Positions 17,643-26,522 of a DNA stretch of 64,000 nucleotides are shown piece by piece. The stretch's first letter is position 1. Each line of letters begins with the position of its first letter. The translations under genes and the position numbers were made by a program. The notes beneath the pieces were generated by a model, which was given only the letters and a program-made list of their open reading frames with translations, did not search any database and was not told the origin of the DNA. Origin of the DNA: Spirochaetales bacterium (GTDB lineage: Bacteria > Spirochaetota > Spirochaetia > JABEVK01); the NCBI GenBank assembly GCA_037142615.1, contig JBAXAI010000002.1:128001-192000 (forward strand). The letters are read 5' to 3'.

Positions 17643-19795
17643 AGAAAGGTTCCTCGATGAACAAGGCTGCGTCTATGACCTGGGTCCGCAAGGATGTTCC
17701 CGCCGAAGAAGTGCGCCAGTTGGCCCTTCGTTACGATCTCAATCTGCTCGAAGCCTCCATTTTGGCGCGTCGGGGCGTCACGCAGCCCGAAGACCTGTTG
17801 TTCTACCTCGAGGACGACCTTCGCTTTGTGCCCAACCCCTTCCTGTTTCAGAACATGGAAGACGTCGTCGACCGTCTGAACGGCGCGCTCGACGATGAAG
17901 AATCCGTGCTGGTGTTTGGCGACCGCGACGCCGACGGCATCACGAGCACGGTTCTGCTGGTCGAGGCCTTCACCGAGCTCGGGCTCAAGGTCAGCTGGAA
18001 GGTGCCTCAGGGCGACGAGGCCTACGGACTCACGCTCGCGGCTGTCGAGGAGTTTGCCGAGGCCGGCGGCGGGCTGATTGTCACCGTCGACTGTGGCATT
18101 TCCAACTTCAAGGAAGTGGCGCGTGCCAACGATTTGGGCGTCGATGTGCTGATTCTGGACCACCACGTGGCCCCCGGCGAGCTGCCCGACGCGCTGGCCA
18201 TCGTCAACCCCAAGGTGCCCGGCGAAACCTACCCGTTTGCCACCATGGCCGCCTGCGCAGTGGCCAGCAAGGTCATCTGGGCGCTGCGGTTCGCGCAAAC
18301 GCCGCTGTACAACCAGCGCATGTGCGTGCTGCATTGCCACCAGGAAGAAGAAGGCCTGCACGTCGAGGCCGTTCGCCTGGTCAACCTGACCGAGCGCCGA
18401 CGGCTCCGGCTCGTGTTCAACGACAAGAGCGGCACCAGCGACCTTCAGGCGCTGGTCGATTTTCTGCAAGACCAGGAAATTTTCGTGTACGACGAAAGGG
18501 CCCAGACCAAGCTGCTGCGCCAGCTTTTCGGCCCAGGTGTCGAGATCGGCCTGTTCGACCTGGCCCCCGAGATCCGCAAGGCCTTCCCCAGCCTCGCGGG
18601 CCTCGACTTCCGCACCGTCAAGGCCAAGAGCCGCCTGCCGCGCTACCTTACCGGCGCTGGCGACCTCGATATCCTGGTGAGCCTGTTCACCAGCAGCGTG
18701 TACAAGGCCTACCCCAGTCTGGGGGCCGACTTCACGCCGCTGCTCGATCTGGTGGCGCTCGGCACGCTGGCCGACCTGATGCCGCTGGCTGGCGAAAACC
18801 GGATTTTGGTCAAGTTGGGCATGCAGGCGCTGCACACCACGCGCCGCGAAGGGTTGCGGGTGCTCCTGCTCAAGCTCAAACTGCTGGGCAAGCCGCTGAC
18901 GACCACCGATGTCAGTTGGCAGTTCATTCCGACCCTCAACGCGGCCGGTCGGCTGGGAGCCCCCGAAAAGGCCGTCGAACTGCTGCTGACCACCGATGCC
19001 GCCCGCCGCCGGGTGTTGGCCGACGAGCTCGATTCCCTCAACCAGCAGCGAAAGCAGATGAGCCAGGACGCCTGGGAGCTCGTGTTGCCCCTGGCGCGCA
19101 CCTCGCTCGAAGCCCTCGGCGGTTCGCTGGTGCTGGTCATGTCGCCCGAGATTCCCCGGGGCATCACCGGCCTCGTGGCCTCGCGTCTGGTGAGCGGTTT
19201 TGGCGTCACGTCGGTGGTGATCAGCCGGCAGGACGACCGGTACATCGGTTCGCTGCGCGCCAAAAGCGGGTTCGAGACACGCCGGTTCCTCGACAGTTTT
19301 TCGGACATTTTCACCGACTACGGCGGCCACGACCAGGCGGCCGGCTTCAACCTGCCCCTCGAAAAGTTCCCGGCCTTCGAAAAGCGGGTCAAGGAAATCT
19401 TGCCCGGCTTTTCCGTGAGCGGCGTGAGCGAACAAACCCTCGACATCGACGCGGAATTGCCGCTGGCCTTCTTCACTCCCGACCTCATCCAGACCGTCGA
19501 CAAGCTCGAGCCCTATGGCGAGGGGCATCGACCCCTGGTGTTTGTGGCCCGCGGCCTGGGCATCATCGCGCTCGACCTGGTGGGTAAGCTGGGGGCGCAG
19601 CACGTCAAGATGACCCTCGACGCCGGCGCCACCAAGTGGCCGGCCATCTTCTTCCACGCGCTCGACCGGCTGGAAGCGGGCGAGTTTCACTTGGGCGACA
19701 AGGTCGACGCGGCCTTTCACCTGAACCGCAACCTGTTTCAGGGCCAGGAGAAGCTTCAGCTCACCTTGCTCGACCTGCAGCGGAGCAAGGCTTGA
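17639..19795 (+). CDS. recJ: Single-stranded-DNA-specific exonuclease RecJ
   Basis: GDRDADG, TVDCG, DHH, GTLAD, NAAGR, GGHDQAAG motifs; start may be ATG 17657 or 17675. Confidence 0.95.
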   Translation: MKKGSSMNKAASMTWVRKDVPAEEVRQLALRYDLNLLEASILARRGVTQPEDLLFYLEDDLRFVPNPFLFQNMEDVVDRLNGALDDEESVLVFGDRDADGITSTVLLVEAFTELGLKVSWKVPQGDEAYGLTLAAVEEFAEAGGGLIVTVDCGISNFKEVARANDLGVDVLILDHHVAPGELPDALAIVNPKVPGETYPFATMAACAVASKVIWALRFAQTPLYNQRMCVLHCHQEEEGLHVEAVRLVNLTERRRLRLVFNDKSGTSDLQALVDFLQDQEIFVYDERAQTKLLRQLFGPGVEIGLFDLAPEIRKAFPSLAGLDFRTVKAKSRLPRYLTGAGDLDILVSLFTSSVYKAYPSLGADFTPLLDLVALGTLADLMPLAGENRILVKLGMQALHTTRREGLRVLLLKLKLLGKPLTTTDVSWQFIPTLNAAGRLGAPEKAVELLLTTDAARRRVLADELDSLNQQRKQMSQDAWELVLPLARTSLEALGGSLVLVMSPEIPRGITGLVASRLVSGFGVTSVVISRQDDRYIGSLRAKSGFETRRFLDSFSDIFTDYGGHDQAAGFNLPLEKFPAFEKRVKEILPGFSVSGVSEQTLDIDAELPLAFFTPDLIQTVDKLEPYGEGHRPLVFVARGLGIIALDLVGKLGAQHVKMTLDAGATKWPAIFFHALDRLEAGEFHLGDKVDAAFHLNRNLFQGQEKLQLTLLDLQRSKA

Positions 19796-20769
19796 CCTTA
19801 GGGCCAGTCCCGGGCCCGCGCCCCCTTGGGTTGCTGGTCGTCTTGCTGCTGCTGAGTTCGCCGCTGTCGGCCGTGATCCGCACCTTTGTACCGGTCAGCC
19901 TCAAGCCGGGTGCTCTCAACGAGGTGTACGGCTGGGACTCCGCCTTGCCCTCGTTCCAGGTCGAGCTTTCGCGCTCCGGCAAGGTGCTCGCCTCGGCAAA
20001 GTCCTTCGCCTGGCCTCACGACGTACTTTCGCCAGCAGGTCTGCCCCTCCGGGTGGCAGCCGCGTTCGTGGCCTTCGACGTGCTCACCAAGCCCGGAACG
20101 GCGCTCGTGCGCATTCTGGACGCCAAAGGCCGTGAGACCTCGCGGCAAAGCGTCGAAATCGCGGCCCGGAGGTTGCCCGAAGAAAAGATTCCGCTCACCA
20201 AGTCGATGTCGGAACTCCGCTCGGTCCCCGATCCGCGCAAAGACCGCGAGGCGCAGCAGATCTGGGGCGTGTACCTGACCATCGTCCCCGGCAACCTGTG
20301 GACAAGTGGCCGTTTTTTGCTGCCGGTTCGCGAAATCCCGTTTTCGGCGGCTTTTGGCGACGTGCGCACCTATGAGTACACCGACGGCACCTCGGCCTCG
20401 GACTACCACCGGGGCACCGATTTCGCGGCCCCGGTGGGCACACCCGTGCAGGCCCCGGCCGGTGGAAAGGTCGCGCTGTCGGCCGATCGGATGCTCACCG
20501 GCGGCACCCTCGTGGTGGAACACGCCCCCGGACTCTACTCGGTGTACTTTCACCTCAGCCAGCGGCTGGTCAAGACCGGCGACCAGGTGACCCCGGGCCA
20601 ACGCATCGCCCTCAGCGGCAAGACCGGGCTGGTGACGGGTCCCCACCTGCACTGGGAGGTGCGTTACAACGGGATTCCCGTCGATGCGCTCGATCTGGTG
20701 AACGACGGTCTGCTTGACACGGATCGCATCGCCGGGCTAATTTCTTCCATCGAACGAAAAAGGGGGTGA
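19792..20769 (+). CDS. M23 family peptidoglycan metallopeptidase
   Basis: HRGTDF and GPHLHWEV motifs; N-terminal signal/TM. Confidence 0.9.
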   Translation: MTLGPVPGPRPLGLLVVLLLLSSPLSAVIRTFVPVSLKPGALNEVYGWDSALPSFQVELSRSGKVLASAKSFAWPHDVLSPAGLPLRVAAAFVAFDVLTKPGTALVRILDAKGRETSRQSVEIAARRLPEEKIPLTKSMSELRSVPDPRKDREAQQIWGVYLTIVPGNLWTSGRFLLPVREIPFSAAFGDVRTYEYTDGTSASDYHRGTDFAAPVGTPVQAPAGGKVALSADRMLTGGTLVVEHAPGLYSVYFHLSQRLVKTGDQVTPGQRIALSGKTGLVTGPHLHWEVRYNGIPVDALDLVNDGLLDTDRIAGLISSIERKRG

Positions 20770-20984
20770 TTACTATCGCCGTCATCCAGTTGGACGACAA
20801 CGAAGCCTTGGAAAAAGCCATCAAGCGCTTCAAACGCATCGTCGAAAAAGAAGGCATTATCCGCGAATGGAAGAAACGTGAGTTCTTCGAAAAGCCTTCT
20901 ACCATCAACAACCGTAAAAAGAAGGCCCTTCAGCGCAAGCAGTTGAAGAAGCTTCGCAAGGTGCAAACCAGCACCAGGGGTTAA
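20766..20984 (+). CDS. rpsU: 30S ribosomal protein S21
   Basis: [11 protein letters not shown]...REFFEKPS. Confidence 0.96.
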   Translation: MITIAVIQLDDNEALEKAIKRFKRIVEKEGIIREWKKREFFEKPSTINNRKKKALQRKQLKKLRKVQTSTRG

Positions 20985-20990
20985 GAAACG

Positions 20991-21019
20991 GGTCGTCCAC
21001 CAGGACGGCCTTTTTTTTT
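20991..21019 (+). terminator. Intrinsic terminator after rpsU
   Basis: GGTCGTCC-ACCA-GGACGGCC stem followed by T9. Confidence 0.85.
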
Positions 21020-21073
21020 CCCGTTTCCGCCGCCTTTCGGTCGATACTATGTAGAAAATGTGAGGAGTGCCGG

Positions 21074-21478
21074 ATGTATCGAACCCACCGCTTGTCGCTG
21101 ACTCTCGTCCTGTATACGGCCTGTTGCCTGCTCGTGGCTTTTCCACTGGCGGCTCAAGAGGTGAAGCCGGCCCCCCTGAGCGATTACGAGACCCTGGCGC
21201 TGGCGCTCAAGAACGGCACGGTCAAGAACCTGCTGGTTGTCGATATCCGCTCGCGGGAACTGTACAAGCAGGGCCACATTCCCAAAGCCATCAACCTCCC
21301 TCTCGACGAACTGTGGGACAAAGTCCCCGGCAAGGCCGGCATTCAGCCGGTTCTGGTGGTCTACGGCAAACCGGCCAGCTCAGACGTCCGCAAGGCGGTC
21401 GATATCCTGCTCAGCAACGGGTTCACCAACGTGATTGCGTTCGGCTCTATCTCTCTCTGGAAAGGACCTCTCGAGTGA
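21074..21478 (+). CDS. Exported rhodanese-like domain protein
   Basis: Signal peptide; VVDIR...Y..GHIPKAINLP; GFTNV; the active-site position reads VVYG instead of VVYC. Confidence 0.85.
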   Translation: MYRTHRLSLTLVLYTACCLLVAFPLAAQEVKPAPLSDYETLALALKNGTVKNLLVVDIRSRELYKQGHIPKAINLPLDELWDKVPGKAGIQPVLVVYGKPASSDVRKAVDILLSNGFTNVIAFGSISLWKGPLE

Positions 21479-24411
21479 AGTTTCCCTCTAGCTACGAACT
21501 CCTCCAAACCGACGACCTGCCGGAATTCCGCTGCCAGGGCACGTTGTACCGCCACAAGAAGACCGGGGCCCGGGTGTATCATTTGGCGGCCGCCGACCGC
21601 GAAAACCTGGTGGCGTTTGTGTTCCCCACACCCCCCGGCGACAGCACGGGCGTGGCCCATATTCTGGAGCATTCGGTGCTGTGCGGGAGCAAACGTTACC
21701 CCACCAAGGATCCCTTCCTTTATCTGTACAAAAGCAGTCTCAACACCTTTCTCAACGCCATGACCTACCCCGACAAGACGGTGTACCCCGTGGCCAGCAC
21801 CGTGTCCAAGGACTTCACCAACCTGCTGCAGGTGTACGCCGACGCGGTGTACTTTCCGCTGCTGAAGCCCGAAGTGTTCGCCCAGGAGGGCCACAGGCTC
21901 GAGTGGAACGACGAGGGAGGCCTCGTTCGCAGCGGTGTGGTCTTCAACGAGATGAAGGGCAACTACTCGAGTTCCGACAACGTGATTGGAGACCTCGTGC
22001 AACAGGCCGTTTTTGACCAGGGCCCGTATTCTCACGACTCGGGTGGCAACCCCAAACACATCCCCGAGCTTACCTACGAGCAGTTTCTGGCCTTTCACCG
22101 CACCAACTACCACCCGTCGCGCGGGCTTGTGTTCCTCTACGGTGACCAGCCTGCGGCGCCTTCGCTGCGCCTGCTCGACAAGCATTGGTTCCGGGCCTTT
22201 TCGGCAGCCCCGGCAGCCCCACCGATTTTGCCCCAGCCCCGCTGGACCGAGGCGAAATCGGTGCGCGGTACCTACCCGGCTGCGAAGGAAGAAGAGGCCG
22301 ATCCCGGGACTCTGGCGCTGACTTGGCTGTGCGCCGACGCCACCGAACCCGAACGCATCCTCGAGCTCGATATTCTGTCGGAAGTGCTGATGGGCGATGC
22401 GGGCCTGTTGCAGAAGGCGCTCGTTGAGTCGGGGCTCGGCCAGGATCTGTCGCCGGTGAGTGGCTTGCAGACTGAACTGCGAGACATCGGGCTGACGGTG
22501 GCCCTGCGAGGCGCGCCGGAGTCGAACGCAGGGGCCTTCGAGGCGCTGGTGTGGCGCGAGCTGAAAGCTCTGGCCGCCGGGATCCCCAAGGACCTCATCG
22601 AGAGCGTAATTTCGAGCTACGAGTTTGGCATGCGCGAAATCAAGGGCAGCGGGATGGGCTTGCGCTTTTTGTCGCGCCTGGCCCGGGGCTGGCTGCACGG
22701 CCAGGACATCGGCGACAGCCTTCGGTTCCAGTTCCGCATGGATGCGCTCAAAGCTCGGCTGGCTGCCGGGGAGCCGGTGCTCGAGAACCTGATCCGCACC
22801 GCCCTGCTCGACAATCCGCACCGGGCCCTGGTGGTCTGCGTTCCCGACGCCGAGCTGCAAACCCGCGACGAGGAACAGGCCCAGGAAGAGCTCGGGCGGT
22901 TGCGCATCGCGCTGTCGGCCACTGACATCGAGGCCCTCAAACGGCGACAACAGGAACTGAAGGACTTTCAGGAACTGCCCGATGCCCCCTCGGCCATCCG
23001 CAAGCTTCCCGAGCTCAAATTGTCGGACATTCCGTCGCAGGTCGACCGGGTGGCCCTCGACTGGCGCAGTCTGGGCACCGGAAGCGCTGGCCTTCCGCAG
23101 GTGGGCCTTCACCGGGCGTTCACCAACGGCGTGCTGTACCTCGATCTGTCCTTTGATCTCGGCGGCCTTTCGGAGTCCGAAACCTTGCTCCTGCCGTTGT
23201 TCCAGCGGTCACTGGAGGGTCTGGGCCTCCGGGATCTGTCGTACGACCTGCTGGCCCGCGAGCTGGCTTCGGTCACCGGCGGGCTGTACTTCCGCAGCAA
23301 CACCGACACCGCGTTGGGCACTCGCCAACTGGTGTCACGCTTCTACGTGCGGTTGCGCATGCTCGAAGCTCGCCGCGACCAGGCGCTGGCCTTGCTGCGG
23401 CGGGTGCTGACCGAAACCGCTTGGAGTCACGGGGCACGGTTCCGCGAGCTGGTCGAAGAAATGCGCAACGATTATCAGGGGGCTCTGGTGCCCCGAGGCC
23501 ACGCCTACGCCGCCACGCGGAGCGCTCAGGGTTTCAGCCCCGCCGGCCGGGTGTCGGAGCTCACCAACGGCCTGACCCAGATGGAACACCTGGTGGCACT
23601 CGGCAACGCCAGCGACGACGAGCTCAAGCTCGTGCTCGGCCGTTTGGCCGCCCTGGCCCGCCGCGTGTTCCGCAGTCCCGCGCTCGAAGCGGTGGTCACC
23701 GGCGACGGCGGTGCGCTCGAACCGCTGGTCGTGGAAACCCAGGGGTTGCTCGCCTTCCTCGATGCGCAGCCGCTCGTGGCGTCACCGGGCGCGACTTCTG
23801 ATGCCTTGCTGACCGCCGCTGGGTCGGGGAGCTCGCCCATCATCAAGGTCATCCCCGCCACCGTGGGTTTTGTGGCCCACACCGTGACCGGGAGCCTGAG
23901 CAGCGACCCGTGGCACGCGGCCGACCTGGTGTTGTCGCACCACCTGCGCACAGGGTTCCTGTGGGAAGAGATCCGCATGAAGGGCGGCGCGTACGGGGCC
24001 TTTGCCAGCCCCAACGGCCTGGAAGGCGTGATGACCTTTGCCACCTACCGCGATCCGGGTCTGCTCAACAGCCTTGCGGCTTTCCGCGCGGGCCTGGAGT
24101 CGCTCACCACGCCACTGCCCGGCGCCGAGCTGAAGAACACCATCATTGGCACCGTCAGCAACGACCTGACCCCGCGCTCGCCCGCCGAAGAGGCATTCCT
24201 CGCGTTGCAGCGCCGTCAGTTGGGCATTACCGACGCCATGCGCCAAACCAAGCGTGAGGCGCTGCTCGGCCTCAAGGCCACAGACGTCACCAGGGCCTCG
24301 GCGCGCCTGCTCGAAGGGTTTGACCGTGGAACGACCTACATCCTGACGGGACGCAAGATCGCCGACGAGGCCGTGGCCAAGGAGCCCGGGCGCTTCACGC
24401 TCGAAGAATAG
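21475..24411 (+). CDS. Insulinase-family (M16C, presequence-protease-like) metallopeptidase
   Basis: [11 protein letters not shown] inverted zinc motif, [27 protein letters not shown]; GTG start coupled to the rhodanese stop. Confidence 0.93.
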   Translation: MKFPSSYELLQTDDLPEFRCQGTLYRHKKTGARVYHLAAADRENLVAFVFPTPPGDSTGVAHILEHSVLCGSKRYPTKDPFLYLYKSSLNTFLNAMTYPDKTVYPVASTVSKDFTNLLQVYADAVYFPLLKPEVFAQEGHRLEWNDEGGLVRSGVVFNEMKGNYSSSDNVIGDLVQQAVFDQGPYSHDSGGNPKHIPELTYEQFLAFHRTNYHPSRGLVFLYGDQPAAPSLRLLDKHWFRAFSAAPAAPPILPQPRWTEAKSVRGTYPAAKEEEADPGTLALTWLCADATEPERILELDILSEVLMGDAGLLQKALVESGLGQDLSPVSGLQTELRDIGLTVALRGAPESNAGAFEALVWRELKALAAGIPKDLIESVISSYEFGMREIKGSGMGLRFLSRLARGWLHGQDIGDSLRFQFRMDALKARLAAGEPVLENLIRTALLDNPHRALVVCVPDAELQTRDEEQAQEELGRLRIALSATDIEALKRRQQELKDFQELPDAPSAIRKLPELKLSDIPSQVDRVALDWRSLGTGSAGLPQVGLHRAFTNGVLYLDLSFDLGGLSESETLLLPLFQRSLEGLGLRDLSYDLLARELASVTGGLYFRSNTDTALGTRQLVSRFYVRLRMLEARRDQALALLRRVLTETAWSHGARFRELVEEMRNDYQGALVPRGHAYAATRSAQGFSPAGRVSELTNGLTQMEHLVALGNASDDELKLVLGRLAALARRVFRSPALEAVVTGDGGALEPLVVETQGLLAFLDAQPLVASPGATSDALLTAAGSGSSPIIKVIPATVGFVAHTVTGSLSSDPWHAADLVLSHHLRTGFLWEEIRMKGGAYGAFASPNGLEGVMTFATYRDPGLLNSLAAFRAGLESLTTPLPGAELKNTIIGTVSNDLTPRSPAEEAFLALQRRQLGITDAMRQTKREALLGLKATDVTRASARLLEGFDRGTTYILTGRKIADEAVAKEPGRFTLEE

Positions 24412-24428
24412 CCTTCACGCCGCACCGC

Positions 24429-24461
24429 TTGACAGTCTATCAATGTGATATCATATTGATA
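24429..24461 (+). promoter_or_regulatory. Sigma70-type promoter with overlapping 24-bp palindromic operator
   Basis: TTGACA at 24429; TATCAATGTGAT|ATCATATTGATA at 24438-24461 (one mismatched pair). Confidence 0.7.
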
Positions 24462-24476
24462 CCAGAGAGGTGTAAC

Positions 24477-25367
24477 ATGAACTCCATACTTGAGAAGAAG
24501 GCCTGGGCCATCAACGGCCTGCTGGTGCTGATCGTCACGCTTTTGGCGGCGGCAGGCTTTGCCACGGCCCTGGTCAACGTGATCCAGCTGGACGGGGTCG
24601 AAGGGGCCAACCTGGCTCCGTGGATGGTCTTGCTGTTTGGCAGCATTTTGGGTTTCGCTGCCACGGTCCCCGGCTACTTTGTCAATGCACCCAACGAAGC
24701 CAAGGTACTGACCGTGTTCGGCGCCTACACCGGGACCGTCACGCTCGGCGGTTTCTGGTGGGCCAACCCCTTTGCCTTGAAGAAGCGGATCTCGCTCAGG
24801 CTGCGCAACTTCTCGAGCGAGCAGATCAAGGTCAACGACCTGCACGGCAACCCCATCGAAATTGCTGCCGTGGTCGTCTGGCAGGTCACCGACACCGCCA
24901 AGGCCAGCTACGACGTCGAAAACTACGAGCAGTTCGTCACGGTACAGAGCGAAACGGCACTGCGGGCGTTGGCTTCGGAATATCCCTACGACGGGCAGGA
25001 TGAAGAACGGTCCTCACTGCGGGCCAACCCGACCGAGGTGGCGGGCGTCTTGCAGACGCAGTTGCAGGCCAGGCTCGATGTCGCCGGCGTGACGGTGCTC
25101 GAAGCGAGGCTCACCCACCTGGCCTACGCCCAGGAAATCGCGCACGCCATGCTGCGCCGCCAACAGGCCCGAGCCGTGATCGGGGCCAAACAACTCATCG
25201 TTGACGGGGCCGTCGGCATGGTGGAAGGGGCTCTGAAAGCCCTGAGCGAGCGCAACATCGTTACCCTCGACGACGAGCGCAAAGCCGTCATGGTGAACAA
25301 CTTGCTGGTCGCGCTCGTGTCCGACAAAGACACCCAGCCGGTGCTCAACACCGGGTCTCTTTACTGA
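24477..25367 (+). CDS. SPFH domain membrane protein
   Basis: Two TM helices, then [18 protein letters not shown] and [17 protein letters not shown]. Confidence 0.92.
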   Translation: MNSILEKKAWAINGLLVLIVTLLAAAGFATALVNVIQLDGVEGANLAPWMVLLFGSILGFAATVPGYFVNAPNEAKVLTVFGAYTGTVTLGGFWWANPFALKKRISLRLRNFSSEQIKVNDLHGNPIEIAAVVVWQVTDTAKASYDVENYEQFVTVQSETALRALASEYPYDGQDEERSSLRANPTEVAGVLQTQLQARLDVAGVTVLEARLTHLAYAQEIAHAMLRRQQARAVIGAKQLIVDGAVGMVEGALKALSERNIVTLDDERKAVMVNNLLVALVSDKDTQPVLNTGSLY

Positions 25368-25558
25368 TGGCAGAAAAGAAGAAGTTCCTGCTGCGGCTCG
25401 ATCCGGCCCTCTACGCCGCACTCGAAACCTGGTCGGCCAACGAACTGCGGAGCGTCAACGCCCAGATTGAGTTCCTGCTGGTCGAGGCCGCGAAAAAGAC
25501 CGGCCGCCTGCGCAAGTCCGCTTCAGGCGAAGGGCTAGAGGATGGTGGCGCCGAGTAG
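25367..25558 (+). CDS. Arc-like ribbon-helix-helix DNA-binding protein
   Basis: KKKFLLRLDP..Y..LE.W...ELRSVNAQIEFLL. Confidence 0.85.
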   Translation: MAEKKKFLLRLDPALYAALETWSANELRSVNAQIEFLLVEAAKKTGRLRKSASGEGLEDGGAE

Positions 25559-26443
25559 GCTGCAGAGCATCTCGACGGCCACCAGAGCCGTCTGGTTGCG
25601 CACGTCGAGGATGGGGTTCACTTCGACCACCTCGGCGCTCGTGACCCGGCCGTCGGCGGCCAGCAGTTCCATCAGCAGGTGGAGCTCCCGGTAGGTGAGG
25701 CCTCCCTTGACGGGGGTACCCACCCCGGGGGCTACCTCGGGGTCCAGGCTATCGACGTCGAAGCTCACGTGCAGGGCGTCGACCCGCGGACTCAAATGGG
25801 CGAGCGCCTCGCGGGCCACGGCGGCCACCCCCAACTGATCCACGTCGGCCATGGTGAAGGTTTTGACCCCGGCCTCGCGCAGGTTTCGTTTTTCGCCGAC
25901 ATCCACGTCGCGTAACCCGATGATCACGATGTTCGCGGGGTCGATCTTGCGCCAGTTGCCGGCCAGCGCTGTGAGCTCGGGTTCGCCCAGCCCGGCCGAC
26001 GCGGCCAGGCTCATGCCGTGGATGTTTCCCGACGGCGTGGTGACCTTGGTGTTGAAGTCCCCGTGGGCGTCGATCCAGATCACCCCTGCGGTCTTGCCCG
26101 CCTCTCGGCAATAGTTGCCATACCCCGCCAAAGTGCCGACGGCGATCGAGTGGTCTCCGCCCATCACCAGAGGGAATCGACCGGCCGCGAGCGACTCCTG
26201 AACCAGTCCCGCCAGTTGTTCGCAGCCGGCGGCGATAGGAAGCAGGAACTTCATCCGCGGGTCGCCTTCCTCGGTGTGTTCCTGGATGGGCACTCTCACG
26301 GCCCGTTTTTCTTCCTCGACCTCGTGGCCGAGTTTCTGGATCGCCTTCTTGAGGCCGGCCTGCCGGAGGGCCGAAGGACCCATGTCCACTCCCCGGCGGT
26401 TTGCCCCAAAATCCATGGGAACTTCGATCAAGCGGATACGCAT
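25535..26443 (-). CDS. rocF: Arginase
   Basis: GGDHS, DAHGDFN, SGNIHGM, SFDVDSLDP...PGVGTP, EVNP. Confidence 0.95.
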   Translation of the reverse strand: MRIRLIEVPMDFGANRRGVDMGPSALRQAGLKKAIQKLGHEVEEEKRAVRVPIQEHTEEGDPRMKFLLPIAAGCEQLAGLVQESLAAGRFPLVMGGDHSIAVGTLAGYGNYCREAGKTAGVIWIDAHGDFNTKVTTPSGNIHGMSLAASAGLGEPELTALAGNWRKIDPANIVIIGLRDVDVGEKRNLREAGVKTFTMADVDQLGVAAVAREALAHLSPRVDALHVSFDVDSLDPEVAPGVGTPVKGGLTYRELHLLMELLAADGRVTSAEVVEVNPILDVRNQTALVAVEMLCSLLGATIL

Positions 26444-26522
26444 GTCGCCCAGCGTAGTCAATTCGTCCCGGTGGGGCAAGTCAGGCAAGGAAAATCCCAC
26501 CGACTTGTAGTACAGTGGAGGC

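Noticed and set aside
18290-18740. Roughly 140-aa insertion inside RecJ as a possible intein or mobile insert
   Set aside because: No intein terminal motifs; long RecJ proteins with such an insert are, to my knowledge, usual in spirochaetes
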